From: Podarcis tiliguerta
Lineage: Eukaryota
Length of the DNA: 64,000 nt
Assembly (NCBI GenBank): GCA_965153285.1
Contig: OZ229116.1
Direction: 5' to 3' (one strand)
Numbering within the stretch: the first letter of the stretch is position 1; each line of letters begins with the position of its first letter. The translations under genes were made by a program, and so were the position numbers. Positions 38,173-50,662 of this stretch are shown piece after piece. The notes below the pieces were generated by a model. It was not told the DNA's origin. It did not search any database and was given only the letters and a program-made list of their open reading frames with translations.

Positions 38173-40613
38173 TAGGTTGGTAATGCAGATCAGGGAGAAT
38201 TTCTTCCCTCTGGCCCATGCCTGGTCTGTAAAGCAGGCTATGGTTTGTGGCCTTTGCAGTTTGCCTTGCTGATGCTTGCTACCCCACCCCAGGGATCCTG
38301 TTTCACAAAGCATTTCCATCCATAGATTTTAGAAAGTGATTTTATTATTTTATGAACATACAAAAATGATATTCAAATCTAGCAAACAATATGTAAAAGT
38401 ACACAGCATCTTTTTCATCTTCTCATAACAAAAAGATGACATTGACAGTGCATAAAAAGAAATATGTGCATATCTTAAAACTAGCATGTTTCCCTGCTGA
38501 TTCCAGTTGTATATAAATTGTACTCTTTCCTATCCTGTTTCACTATAATACTACTTCCCACTTCCTTTCATCCACAGACTTCAAAATGCTTCACTATTGT
38601 GAATTTTTGTCATTGAAAGAATATAATACAATTCCCAAAACACAAAGGTTTACTGAAAATTCTATTCCAAACTGCACAATTACATAACCACATAACTGTG
38701 AAACCACACTGTTATAATATAGTCTATAATTCCTGTTTTAGAGTGTTTACAGTAGCAGTTTATCATAGGCTGACAGCTGGGTTTAACACTAAATTGTCCC
38801 TGTCACTGTAGAGAATGGAGATTGGAATCAATTTGGTGTTAAGTCCATCTAGTTACCACCGGAGTAGTTCCAAACACCATAAATAAACCAACATTAAAGG
38901 CCAGCTTTAAATAATGTGATTTAGCATAGTTTACATTGTTCTTTTCAAATACAGTATGCTTCATTATTCCATTGCTGGAAAGAAGTATTGATTAGCTTGC
39001 AAACAATTTCTCAGCATCAGCCGCAGTGTTCGAAACTCCCATTTTTCTAGGCACATTTTGCGGCAGGGAATTTCATTAGCGCGAGCAGTTTCAGAGCTCT
39101 GGGCGCACTTCTGTGACTAAGATTTCAGATTAAAACTGCAGAGTGGAAGGAAAAGAGGACCTTTTTCTGTCTCCCTACTTCCAGCTACTCTCTGAAGACT
39201 GGAGAAGTGACCCTCTTAAGAATATTAGGGGGTTGGGCAGGGGAAGGACTAGACCATGTGAAAAATGAACATAATATTTTATCTGCAGTTCATTTTCAGT
39301 TTTGTATTCTTCCTATAAAAAAGCATGCCTAGACATTTCATTGTTGCGCCCATAACCTAGGTTTAAGGTTCCTTTTCGCTCCTAGCTTTCATATCTCAAT
39401 TTTTTAACACTGGCCGCAGATTGTGGGTCAATTGCAGGAAAACAGGAATAGTTAAATTTCAGAGAAAACATGTGCACATGTATGTGTATGCACACATGAG
39501 GTGTGTATGTGGACTCGACAGCCTGGTTTGCACATAACATTAAGCTATGGTTTATTAATTTATGGTTCATTAAACTACAGCTGACTGTTATGTGTGAACC
39601 CAGCTCAACAGTTTAACTATGGTGCATTAACCAAAATTTGTAGCTGGTTTATATATCTTAGTATTAACCAGAATGTAAGCACTACATGTCAGCCTGGACC
39701 TCCTCCAAAAGCTACAGAGCTGCAAGTGACAAGTGGCAAAAAATTCAAACTGTTCTCTAGGCTTGACTGCTCTTGCTTGTGCTTTTAACTGTTCTGTGAT
39801 ATAATAATCAAGTGAGCATCTAGATTTAGTTCAGTGTTATGTGCAAACTAGGCCAATGAAAGAGAAGTTGCTAACACAAATATAGCTACAGGAAACGGTA
39901 GAATTGAGCATTTAGACAGGAAAGTGCACACACAGTGTAACTATGACTAGAAAATAAAGTGTAAATTCACTGAGAAATGGAAGTCCTATGTGCAAGCTTC
40001 ACTGAAATAAATGGGAGAAATATTCTCTTACAAAGCTCCCATTCCTTTCAATGTCCCAGTGGACTATGTCCAGACTTCTCCCCCCTTACTGATTATACTC
40101 ATTCATTTGTCTCGCTAGGTCTTCAAATGAAGCTACTGGATACTACTAACAGCTGCATTACAACCAGCAAACAGAATTTCTGAGAAATTGCTATAACCAT
40201 TGAAAATATTTGAAGGAAAGCAGCAAAGCTAGCATAAAAATAAACTAAGGAATAATTACAACAATGAGCATGCAATAAAGTCACCTACATTTCTTTAACC
40301 AGCTAGATCAAAAGAGCAGTGGGCTACTGTAAAATTCTACAAAGCATAAATATAATTGTCTACTAGGTCAATGTATGTGGACAATCCAGCTACACATTCT
40401 CCTACATAAGCTCCATCGAAATGAATGAGAACAGCACAAGAGCATTTCTGTTCCTTTCTATTTTGCTTGCACAAGAGAGTTCCTGGTATCTTTCTCCTTT
40501 AGGCAGAGGACCCATTTTTTTCCAGGCCAGGGGTCAAGTTTCTTGCATGAGACTTGATCATTTGGTTATTTGTCTTCAGAGAAAGAATGATGGATGGAGT
40601 TGGTCGTCCTCAT

Positions 40614-40733
40614 CTATTGATAGGTAAGCCAGTCATTTTGACCACAGTTTATATTTGCCCCAGTTGCCTGATTGACAATGCAACCCGGGGCTGCAGATCT
40701 GGGAGCAGCGTCTTCAGAGAGAGATGCTCTGGC
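40614..40733 (-). CDS. Candidate shared terminal (constant) exon for the beta variable exons, derived from an EC6 relic
   Basis: Acceptor cttttttgtgtcctttgcag|GCC; phase-0 frame ARASLSEDAAPRSAAPGCIVNQATGANINCGQNDWLTYQ-stop (120 nt). Ungapped match to beta EC6 [39 protein letters not shown] (14/39 identical). The homology is firm; use as an exon is inferred. Confidence 0.6.
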   Translation of the reverse strand, partial: ARASLSEDAAPRSAAPGCIVNQATGANINCGQNDWLTYQ

Positions 40734-42857
40734 CTGCAAAGGACACAAAAAAGTGCATTGTAATTTTCTGAAAGCTGATGTGGTTTTCATTAGATAAATG
40801 CTGCCAAGGCATTAAGCTGCAGTAAGAAGAGTGTAATGAAATGCCATGCTTACCAGACAGGAACATAGCAAACGTTTTCTGAAAACCCAAAATATGAACT
40901 GTGACTGTGTGATACAACAACGTTGTACTGCCAAGGATGGTAGTACTATGAGTTTGGTGACAATCCCGTTTCTTTTCAGCTTGAACGAACTCAAGACAAT
41001 GCCTGAGATCATAGCAGGGAACTCATTATACCAAAAAACAACTATACCTTTTGTCCAGCAGCAGCTTTGTAGCATTTATGTTTGCTACTAACCTCCATTC
41101 CCAAGCCTTCTTTCCTTCATTAGAGTGACACAAATAGTTGTTAGCTTGTTTACACAATCTGTACCCTACTTCTCTATGAGGCAGCTCACAACATTTTCAA
41201 TAAAACAAGAATAAAATCCAAAATCAGGAAAGCAGCCCAGCTCAAAATAAATACACCAGCTAAGAGCCTTTTGCCACAATTACTTACCAACAATCACCAA
41301 AAAAATAATCTACAGCTAACCCAAGGTTTGGCTTAGATGGTGGAGGAAAATGGAGCATAGCAGTTGATCTAGATTTGAAGGCAAATATGCATGGGAGGAC
41401 ACAACCCTTAAGGCATGCAAGCAATGTTCAACATATTTTATCAGACATATTTTGACCACTATGGCAGGGAATGATTCCTTCCCGAAACCTTAAAAAGTGT
41501 TTGCAATGCTGGACTAGAGGGACCAATGGTCTGGCTTGGTATAAGGCAGCTTTCTATGGGCCAACTGAAGTTTTCAAGTGCTCTGCAAATACAGCCCCAG
41601 GTTAATTCACATTATAGCAGTCTAATGTGGATATTACTTTGGTGTGGGTCATTGTTGCCAGAAAGGGCACGGCTGGCACACTGGTCAGAGTTAATGAAGA
41701 GGTTCTCCTGCTCAGACTGCCACCTGGAGATCCAGGAGCCTCCTCCCAAATAGGCCCCGGTTCCTAAGAGGGAGGAGCACAATGCCGTCATTAAAAAGTT
41801 ATGATCTTGGATGATATGATTACCTGGCTGACAGTACTTCCTTGTTATCTAGATGAAGTTTCAACTTTCGTTCTATCGCTATACGCCTCTACTTTCTCCA
41901 GTATCACTCATGGAGTTTAAGTGGCTGAATGAAAGATGTGAAGTTACTGCTCTAGTTACTGCGCACCTTAGCACCAAATGAATGACTCCTCATAATTGTC
42001 TTCATGATTCTTTTGAGTCTTACACCATACTTTAATAATGAGTTTTTATCTTCATAACTCTCACCTTTTAAAAAAATATATATCTTTTGTTTCCTAAATG
42101 GTTCTCTTACCCAGTTTCTGTTCAGCCAATTTTAGTCTTCCATGGTGCTGTTGGAAACTGGGACTTCCTTCCGGAAGATTTATTGTATTGTTCTAATCCC
42201 CATATTCACACCAAGGAATGTCATATCTTCAATAACTCCCCATAATTATCATTCTTCCACTCACCGTATATTCTCCTCCCCTTTAGCAAGAACATAATTT
42301 ACACAGAGCATTCAGAATATATTCATGAAAAGTCTCATTGCCAATAATGTATTCCAGTTTCATTAATTCACAATCTGTCTTACATTTCTCTGAAATAATA
42401 TTTACTATGTAGTGATGAATATATTGGATTCTCAATTTACTACCCTATTTAAGCCATATATAGCAAAACCCAATTGATTTGCAAATTAAGCCTCCAACTT
42501 AAAGCATTCTCTCTTTTCAAAAAGGCTTCCCTTAGGTAAAATACCCTAACTCAGAGTTATTTTCAGAAGTGGAAAGAATGAATTTCTGGGTAAATGTGAT
42601 TAATGAACTTTGGTAGTCAATGGACAGACATTATATATGAAGAATCTGCAACGAAATACTGCAATCCATTTTCACAAATGACATGTAAACTGGTTTTTGT
42701 CTTTCCCATATATGTAATGATAAATCTGGTCTCAAAGTTTGGGGAATGTGCAGTGCAACAAAAGGAGGGAAGTATATTGTGTGAGTGTTTTGACTATTGA
42801 TCCAAACCCCTAAAATGTATTTTATATAATTGACTTTTCATTTCTATTCTTTGTATA

Positions 42858-43082
42858 CAGTGGTACCTCAGGTTACGAACTAAATTCGTTCTGCAGGTCC
42901 GTTCTTAACCCGAAACAGTTCTTAACCTGAGGCGCGCTTTCGCTAAGGGGGCCTCTTGCTGCCGTCTTGCCACCGGCGTGCGGTTTCCGTTCTCATCCTG
43001 GGGCAAAGTTCAGAACCTGAGGTACTACTTCTGGGTTAGTGGAGTTTGTAACCCAAAGTGTTTGTAACCCGAGGTATCACTG
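42858..43082. mobile_element. Tc1/mariner MITE
   Basis: TIR cagtggtacctcaggttac / gtaacccgaggtatcactg with TA TSD. Confidence 0.85.
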
Positions 43083-43253
43083 TATCATATTGTTTTATTG
43101 CTATGACCGATGGCTGACGCAAATGAAGATTTATTCATTCATTCATTGTGTGAGTGAACCTCATTCCACACAAGCATACCCCACTTAGCACTTTGTTGAA
43201 TCCCATCCTTAAAAATTAAATATTAGAAAAGAAATTCCCAGCAGTGTTCTCAC

Positions 43254-45677
43254 CTGAACCACATGTTGATTTTCACCTACATGTCTGGGGACTCCGTCAG
43301 AATCATTGGAACTCCTTGGATTCACCTGAGTGTTAGGAGGCTCCACAGAGAAAACAGGAAACAGGGGCCTGAGAAACCGGAACTCGCTGTTCAGAGACCC
43401 ACCAGCTAAGCACACCTCATAGTTGTAAACCTGGGATAGAGATCCAGCACCAGAATCCGCAGAGTTCTCCTGGGAATCAGGTCCCACCGGGAAATTGGCT
43501 CCAGAGTTGTAGGTTCCTGTGAACTTTTCACGTTTCTGCAACTTGATTACAACAAAGGCCACTACAGAAATGAGAAAGATGCTTGAGATGGCAGCCAAGC
43601 AGATGATCAAATACATCGTCAGGCTGGGGTCTTCCTCCTCCACGGTTTCCTCCTTTGGGAGAGCCACACTTTTCAGATAAGGGTCAGAGAAGCCGTCCAC
43701 TAGAAGGATTCTGAGCGTGGCAGAGGTGGACTGGGGAGGATGGCCGTTGTCTCGGACCACCACAATCAGATTCTGCTTGAAGCTGTCTCGGTTGCTGACC
43801 GGCCTCAGGGTGGTCACTTCTCCATTCTGGGCCCCCACCGTGAACAGACCCGGCTCTGTGGCCTTCAGCAGCTGGTAGGAAAGCCAAGAGTTCTGCGCAG
43901 AATCCCTGTCCACAGCCACCACCTTGGTGACCAGGTAGCCAGTCTCTGCCCCTCGGGGAACCAGGTCATTCGAGGGGGAAGTGCCATTCTGGAGAGGGTA
44001 GAGGATGAAGGGGGCATTGTCATTTTCATCCACGACCTGAACGCGGATGGGAACTTCTGAGCTCAGTGGAGGGGAACCTGAATCCACAGCCCTCACCCTC
44101 ACCTGGAAATCTTGTACTTCCTCATAATCCAGAGACCGGATGGCATACAGGTTCCCCGTTTCAGAGTTGATGGAGATGTAAGAGGATGTGGGGCCATCAT
44201 TGACCTTCCCAGGCAAAAGCGAGTAGGTCACTTTGGCATTCTGCGCTGTGTCCAGATCAACAGCATGGATGAAACCGATCAGAAGACCAGGAATATTGTT
44301 TTCTCTTAACTGCATTTGATAGAACGGCTTTTCAAACACTGGAGGGTTGTCATTGACATCTGAAATTTGAACATGAAGTATTCTTGTGGAAGTGAGTCTG
44401 GGAGAGCCCTTGTCAGTGGCTGTGATGGTGATGTTATACTCAGAGGCTTGTTCTCTGTCCAGTGGTTGTTGAGTCACCAGCTGGTAATAGTTGTTCTCCG
44501 TGGGTTTGAGCACAAATGGAAGGTTGACTTCAGTGGTGCAGGCAGTTCTGCCACTGTCCCCAGAGTCCACGTCTGTGACACTGAAGAGGGCCACCACTGT
44601 GTCTGGGGGAGAGTCCTCAGGTAAGGGACTGGTGATGGAAGTGATGGTAATCTCTGGGGCATTGTCATTCTCATCCTCAATCTCTACAATGACTTTGCAG
44701 TAAGCAGAAAGGCCTCCTCCATCTGTAGCTCTGATATTCATCTCATATTTTGTTCTTTCTTCATAATCTATTATACCTGAGATAGTAAGTTCACCTGTCT
44801 TTTTGTTTAAGTTGAATAATCTCTGCACATTCTCTGGCACTTGGCTGAATGAGTAAGTGATGTGAGCATTGGAACCAATATCCTTGTCTCTGGCTTCAAC
44901 TTTTGTGACTAATGTTTCCAATGGGCTGTTTTCCACCAGTTTTTCCTGGTACACGGATTTATTAAATAGAGGAGCATTATCATTGATGTCCAGAACATCT
45001 ATGATGATTTGTGCTGTTCCAGTTTTGCGGGGTATTCCTCCATCAACAGCTGATAGGATTAGGAAAAGCTGTGCTTCCACCTCACGGTCTAATGGTTTCT
45101 CCAATACTAGGTCTGCATATTTAGTACCATCACTGTGACTCTGCACATCCAACCTAAAATACTTATTAGGACTAAGTGTGTAATTCTGAACAGTATTTTC
45201 TCCTTTGTCTGAATCTTGAGCTGTTTCCAAAGGGAATACAGTATTTATGTGAGTTTGCTCAGGTATTTCAAAAATAAATTGATCTTTCGAGAATTTGGGA
45301 GAATTATCATTCACATCCTCTATTTGAACTTCAATTCTATATAGCTTCAATGGATCTTCTAGCACAATTTCAGAGAGCAGAACACAATGGTCATTCTGAC
45401 CACAGAGAGCCTCTCGATCTATTCTATCCTTTAATATCATGTTGCCAGAATGGGGATCCAGCTGGAAAAACTGCTTGCTGCTCTTAGAAACCAGCCGGGC
45501 TCTCCGAGCAGAAAGGTTCTTTACATCCACTTTCAAATCTTTCAGCACATTAGCCACCAGGGACCCTGTTTTCCTTTCCTCTGGCACTGAATATTGGATG
45601 GAATTGCATATTGCCCCATACATGCAGAGAGACAGAAAGAAAAAAGTCACTTGCCTGTTCCTGTTATTCATTTCCAT
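43254..45677 (-). CDS. PCDHB: Protocadherin beta-like variable exon, subtype A (last intact beta exon)
   Basis: ORF 43209-45773; first in-frame ATG at 45677 (acaATGG, MEMNNRNRQV) precedes the signal peptide. Beta hallmarks YPLQNG at the EC6 start and SLSQVYNYEVCLAGGSLNSEFRFLRP in the tail. Phase-0 donor CAG|GTGAGA at 43254/43253; read-through stop at 43209. Family-level symbol. Confidence 0.93.
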
Positions 45678-45894
45678 TGTTCCAGATTCACTCAAGACAG
45701 ATTGAACAACAGAAAAATATGTTGTTGTACTTAGCTGTATCCCTTTGCTGTATTTATTCCTGAAAATGCACACTGCTGTCTCCCTCCTCCTGATTTTTTT
45801 GCAATGAAGAGCTGTATCCCTTTTGCTTCCAGATTGTTTTGCCCTTGTCTACGCTTTCCAAACATTAATCTTTTCTTTAAGAATATGTGCTGTG

Positions 45895-45933
45895 CAATGG
45901 CACCATCTTGTGTTTGAAATACATATAACTGCA
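45895..45933 (-). promoter_or_regulatory. Beta promoter CTCF-like element
   Basis: Minus strand TGCAGT...acacaagatggtgccattg, about 220 bp upstream of ATG 45677; shared by all four complete beta exons. Confidence 0.7.
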
Positions 45934-48014
45934 ATCTTTGTCAGTTAGCTGGTCCTCAGCCCTTACTATTAATATCTATACAAAGTTCCTTATAGAGAAA
46001 GATAAGGATGCAGATCTTGGGGTTTGCAGTTAATGTGAGCCTGTTTGTGAAGGTGCATAAATAACATTGACCCCATATTAACTGGAAGGTATGGAATGCG
46101 TATACAAATTCATTATATGAACATGGAATTTTGCACACAGCTCAGACCATCATCAACTAAAGCCAGATAATGTAAACTAACCTCTGGATACATTTCACAC
46201 ATTAATGAGACAATATCTGAAAAATACAAACAATTGCCGATAATGGAGGCTGGCATGTTAAGGCAAATGGGGAACTGCCCCATCCACCTCTCTGTCTTGA
46301 TTCTTACATACTACCAGTTCTGGAGGTGGCACTGCTCCTCACATTCTCCCCACTTAGTTTCAGTGTTGCCCTTGCAGACCTCAGAATGGAGTTTGGATCT
46401 TGCTATCATTAGTTCTGGCTCCACCTACTGTTGGTCTCCCTGCCTTCTGCCCTACCAGTCCCAGTAGATATGGTGGTGTTAGATGTATATATAGGTGGCA
46501 CCGTGCAAGGAGGTTAGAGGTCGCAAGCAGGATATTTAAGTTAGTCAAATTTAAGTTACTTGGCGCTCTGTTAATCCCACATGGTGTCAGAATGGAGACT
46601 TTCTATATTCCCTGCAATATTCTGACAGCCTCACAAAACAGAAAGGTAGTCACAGGTTAATACTCAGGGAATACTAGGATGCCCAGCTACTGCAGCCACA
46701 GTGTTTATCTCTCAAAATACAGGCAAAAGAGAGGCCTGGAAACTGAGAGTACCTGCAGGAAGGCTCTGCTGGTGCAGCTACTGATGGGGTATCACTCCAG
46801 AAAAGGAGGAAAGAAAACAGAGGGAGAGGAGAGACCTGGAACTAAGAGTCTACAATGACCCATAAAGGTGAGTCCAAGCCATCTATGACCCCTTTGAACG
46901 GGGCTACTCCATCCCTGGTTGATTTCCACATTGCACGAATAGTTTGATTTCCAGCACCCTGAAGGCTGGCCACTTTGGATAAGCAGATTCCAGAGGTTCT
47001 TCCTGGACACAGGAACAGCAAGTAAACACTCTTTTGTGCACTATGGAGCCAGCAGAAGGGAATATAATCCTCTCAAGGAGACTCACAAATGTCCAGATGA
47101 AACAGTTTTAAAACAGACAAAGAAGAGCTAAAGAACCACTTTCTAGCTCATTGCAAAGTAATTTTTGAGCCGGTCTAATTCCACTCTCGCAAGCAGGATG
47201 GTCAAAGAAAGAAAATTTGGGAGTCAGCAGGAGGTTGCAGACTTAGACACTACAAACTAACTCATGTGATGTTAACCTGGCAAAGGGAAGGAATACAGCA
47301 GGTAACCCAAAGACTGCCCTTAGTGTGGCAAGTGACCCTACAGCAAGAGGACAGTCAGACATTATCAGAAAAGGGGGCATTATGCTGTTCTAAACACATC
47401 ATAGCACTGGTTCTCCAAAAAGATCACCTGGGAGCCATTGGTAATGGTCAGAATGAGCCTCCATGGATTACCACCATTGTCTTGGGAGAGCTTTCAATTG
47501 AATTTAAAATTGTCATGGGGCAGGTGTCAAAGTGACCCCAACTTCATTGTACAGGAAGCTAAAGGCTTCTACTTCTACTTTATTTTGCTCTCGAAAAGGG
47601 TTGGGTCCTTCTGCAGAGTAAAGCATTCTGGGGGAGGTTGCCCAGGAAAATGCCTGTACCACACCTACACCTACATTTCAGAAACAGCTAAACACCCTTT
47701 AAAAACGTTGGAATCCTAGAAGCCAAGACCCCAGTTTTGAGCAAGGACTCTTTGGTGAGAGAACCTCAGCAGAGATTTAACATCACACAACAAGCAGCAG
47801 AGAAAAACATGGAAATTTAAGGAAAACCTTAAAATGTGCCCTTCAAGTAAGTCCCCAAATGCCCAGTTTTCAAAGTTCTTTTCATTGTATCCCATTTCCC
47901 TAGCATATCAACCACATTTTTTGCAAGCCATAACATAGTTTACTAGCAAAACTCTTCAGAGGTCAGATTCATGTGTTTTTCCATACAGCAGCCAGAAAAG
48001 ATGCACAATCAGTT

Positions 48015-48268
48015 AAGAAGAAGAAGAAGAGTTTGGATTTGATATCCCGCCTTTCACTCCCTTTAAGGAGTCTCAAAGCGGCTAACATTCTCCTTTCCCT
48101 TCCTCCCCCACAACAAACACTCTGTGAGGTGAGTGGGGCTGAGAGACTTCAGAGAAGTGTGACTGGCCCAAGGTCACCCAGCAGCTGCATGTGGAGGAGC
48201 GGAGACGCGAACCCGGTTCACCAGATTACGAGACTACCGCTCTTAACCACTACACCACACTGGCTCTC
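48015..48268 (-). mobile_element. tRNA-derived SINE (Squam3-like) with (CTT)n tail
   Basis: Minus strand gagagccagtgtggtgtagtggttaagagc head, B-box ggttcgcgtct, CpG-rich (young). Confidence 0.88.
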
Positions 48269-48695
48269 AAACATTGCTTAGCTATAAAAGGTAAAAGTTT
48301 TTAAATATTGATAGACAAAAACACTAGTTTGAGCCTCTGTTCTCGTATGAAGTTTAAACCATGAGGGTAGAATGACCTCCTTACAACAAAGGCTTATTGA
48401 CCCATTTCCTCTCAAGGTGAGCAGTGATGACATAGGCAAAGCCTGGCATGACAGCTTACTCTATGGTTTAACCCCCTTATCTGCTATCTAGATTCAAACG
48501 TGCTAGAGGTATATGTGACTGGAACCCTACCATAAAAAACTACTTAAAAATTAAGAGAGAATGACTAACCACTAGAGCTGTATGTTGGCTCTGCACGAAG
48601 CACAAATTCTGAGGTGTTCATGGGTGATTTGGGTGAGATTTTCACACCCTTGATTGTGTCATTAACAAGGTGTCTGGAGTTGGAGCAGAACTGCT

Positions 48696-49018
48696 ATAGC
48701 CATGTTCAAATATATAAAAGGATGTCACATAGAGGAGGGAGAAAGGTTGTTTTCTGCTGCTCCAGAGAAGCGGACACGGAGCAATGGATCCAAACTACAA
48801 GAAAGAAGATTCCACCTAAACATTAGGAAGAACTTCCCGACAGTAAGAGCTGTTCGACAGTGGAATTTGCTGCCAAGGAGTGTGGTGGAGTCTCCTTCTT
48901 TGGAGGTCTTTAAGCAGAGGCTTGACAACCATATGTCAGGAGTGCTCTGATGGTGTTTCCTGCTTGGCAGGGGGTTGGACTCGATGGCCCTTGTGGTCTC
49001 TTCCAACTCTATGATTCT
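48696..49018 (+). mobile_element. Young CR1 LINE 3' end
   Basis: Encodes FKYIKGCH...RTRSNGSKL..RRFHLNIRKNFPTVRAVRQWNLLPRSVVESPSLEVFKQRLDNHMSG; ends tctatgattct. Confidence 0.9.
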
Positions 49019-49135
49019 AAGTCCTGAGTCTCAGACTGCTACTTTGTTGTTGTTTTTTTAAAAAGAGAATAAGTCAGTAACTTAGTCATCTATAAATATA
49101 TTTAGAAAGCAAAATGTTGAGGGAATGTTCTAGGG

Positions 49136-49612
49136 CAGGGGTCTGCAACCTTTAAGACAAAAAGAGCCACTTGGACCCGTTTCTGAAGGAAAAAAAAACT
49201 GGGAGCCGCAAAACTCATCATTCTAAAAATAACTTTTTTGTCACTTTTTAAAAATTATTTCTTTGTTTGACCCCTCAGAATTACTCCTCCTCATAGAAAT
49301 AAACGTTAAATTAACAAGTTACCTTTTTGTGTGTGTGTTCTTCACTCCCCTTCAAAACAGTGACCAGCGTACATGCCCCCTTTCAATGCAGTGACCAGCG
49401 TACATGCCCCTTACAATGTAGCGGACGGGCGGGAAGGTGACTAATGCACGCACCGCCCCCATGCGACGTCACAGCCAGTGCAGCACCCGCCACAGTGGGG
49501 AGTGTCAGGGCGCACAATGCGCCTCCTCCCCTCGCTAGTATCCGCCCTGGAGCCGCGGCAAAGGTGTAAAAGAGCCACATGCGGCTCCGGAGCCGCGGGT
49601 TGCAGACCCCTG
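49136..49612. mobile_element. hAT (Charlie-like) non-autonomous DNA transposon
   Basis: TIR caggggtctgcaacc / ggttgcagaccctg with a perfect 8-bp TSD ttctaggg; internal tandem cagtgaccagcgtacatgcccc x2. Confidence 0.9.
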
Positions 49613-50311
49613 TTCTAGGGTTTATTAGGCAGATATGGAGGTGCTGCAATTGCTAAGGTCACTTTGTTACGTTGCTAAGCAATCAGAAGGAAAGAATCAG
49701 AGGCATTTTCTCCATCTTTGCTTTCTTTCAACAGGAGCAGCCTGCAGTGAGAGGTACAGCAATGGGAATAAAGCAAATTATGGCTAGCACCTTTAGTATA
49801 CAGTATGTCTATCTTACAAATATTGATTAAGGCAAGCCTTTTCTTTTATGGAAATAAAATTATGGATAAAGCTTCACCCTTTGATATTCTGTCGGTCAGG
49901 CAACTTATTACCTGTGTGATGTACTTTTGAACCTTTTACTTAAGAACAGCAGCTTGTGACATTATGAATGCTGAAAACATGTTGAGACTGAATTGAAACT
50001 TGAACTGGACAAATTCATTTTGTAAAGGGACAAACTGGAACTAGAACTAATCCCTTTTTGGACAGGATAAAGTAGAACTTTCCAAGCACTGCTAGTAACA
50101 TGCAGAATCTTAAATCAATTACAGAAACATAGCATTAATTCATAAATTAATCTGGTTAAAAAGTAAGCGCAATCTAGAAACTTCCTTTATATCTTAATAC
50201 CCAAATATAATGTTTTCCTTTTCATATCAGGTTATTAAATGTGGCCAGCTTCTTCATTAACCAGATATAAATTGGATATGTTCTTTGATATCAAGTAGGC
50301 AGTGAGGATAC

Positions 50312-50662
50312 GGGACGCGGGTGGCGCTGTGGTTCAAACCACAGAGCCTAGGGCTTGCCGATCAGAAGGTCGGCAGTTCGAATCCCCGCCACGGGGTGAG
50401 CTCCCATTGCTCGGTCCATGCTCCTGCCAACCTAGCAGTTCGAAAGCACGTCAAAGTGCAAGTGGATTAATAGGTACCGCTCTGGCGGGAAGGTAAACGG
50501 CATTTCTGTGCGCTGCTCTGGTTCGCCAAAAGCGGCTTAGTCATGCTGGCCACATGACCCGGAAGCTGTACGCCGGCTCCCTCGGTCAGTAAAGCGAGAT
50601 GAGCGCTGCAACCCGAGAGTCGGCCACGACTGGACCTAATGGTCAGGTGTCCCTTTACCTCC
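50312..50662 (+). mobile_element. Full-length Sauria-type SINE
   Basis: Same structure as 34424-34772; 12-bp TSD taggcagtgagg at 50296-50307 and 50667-50678. Confidence 0.92.
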
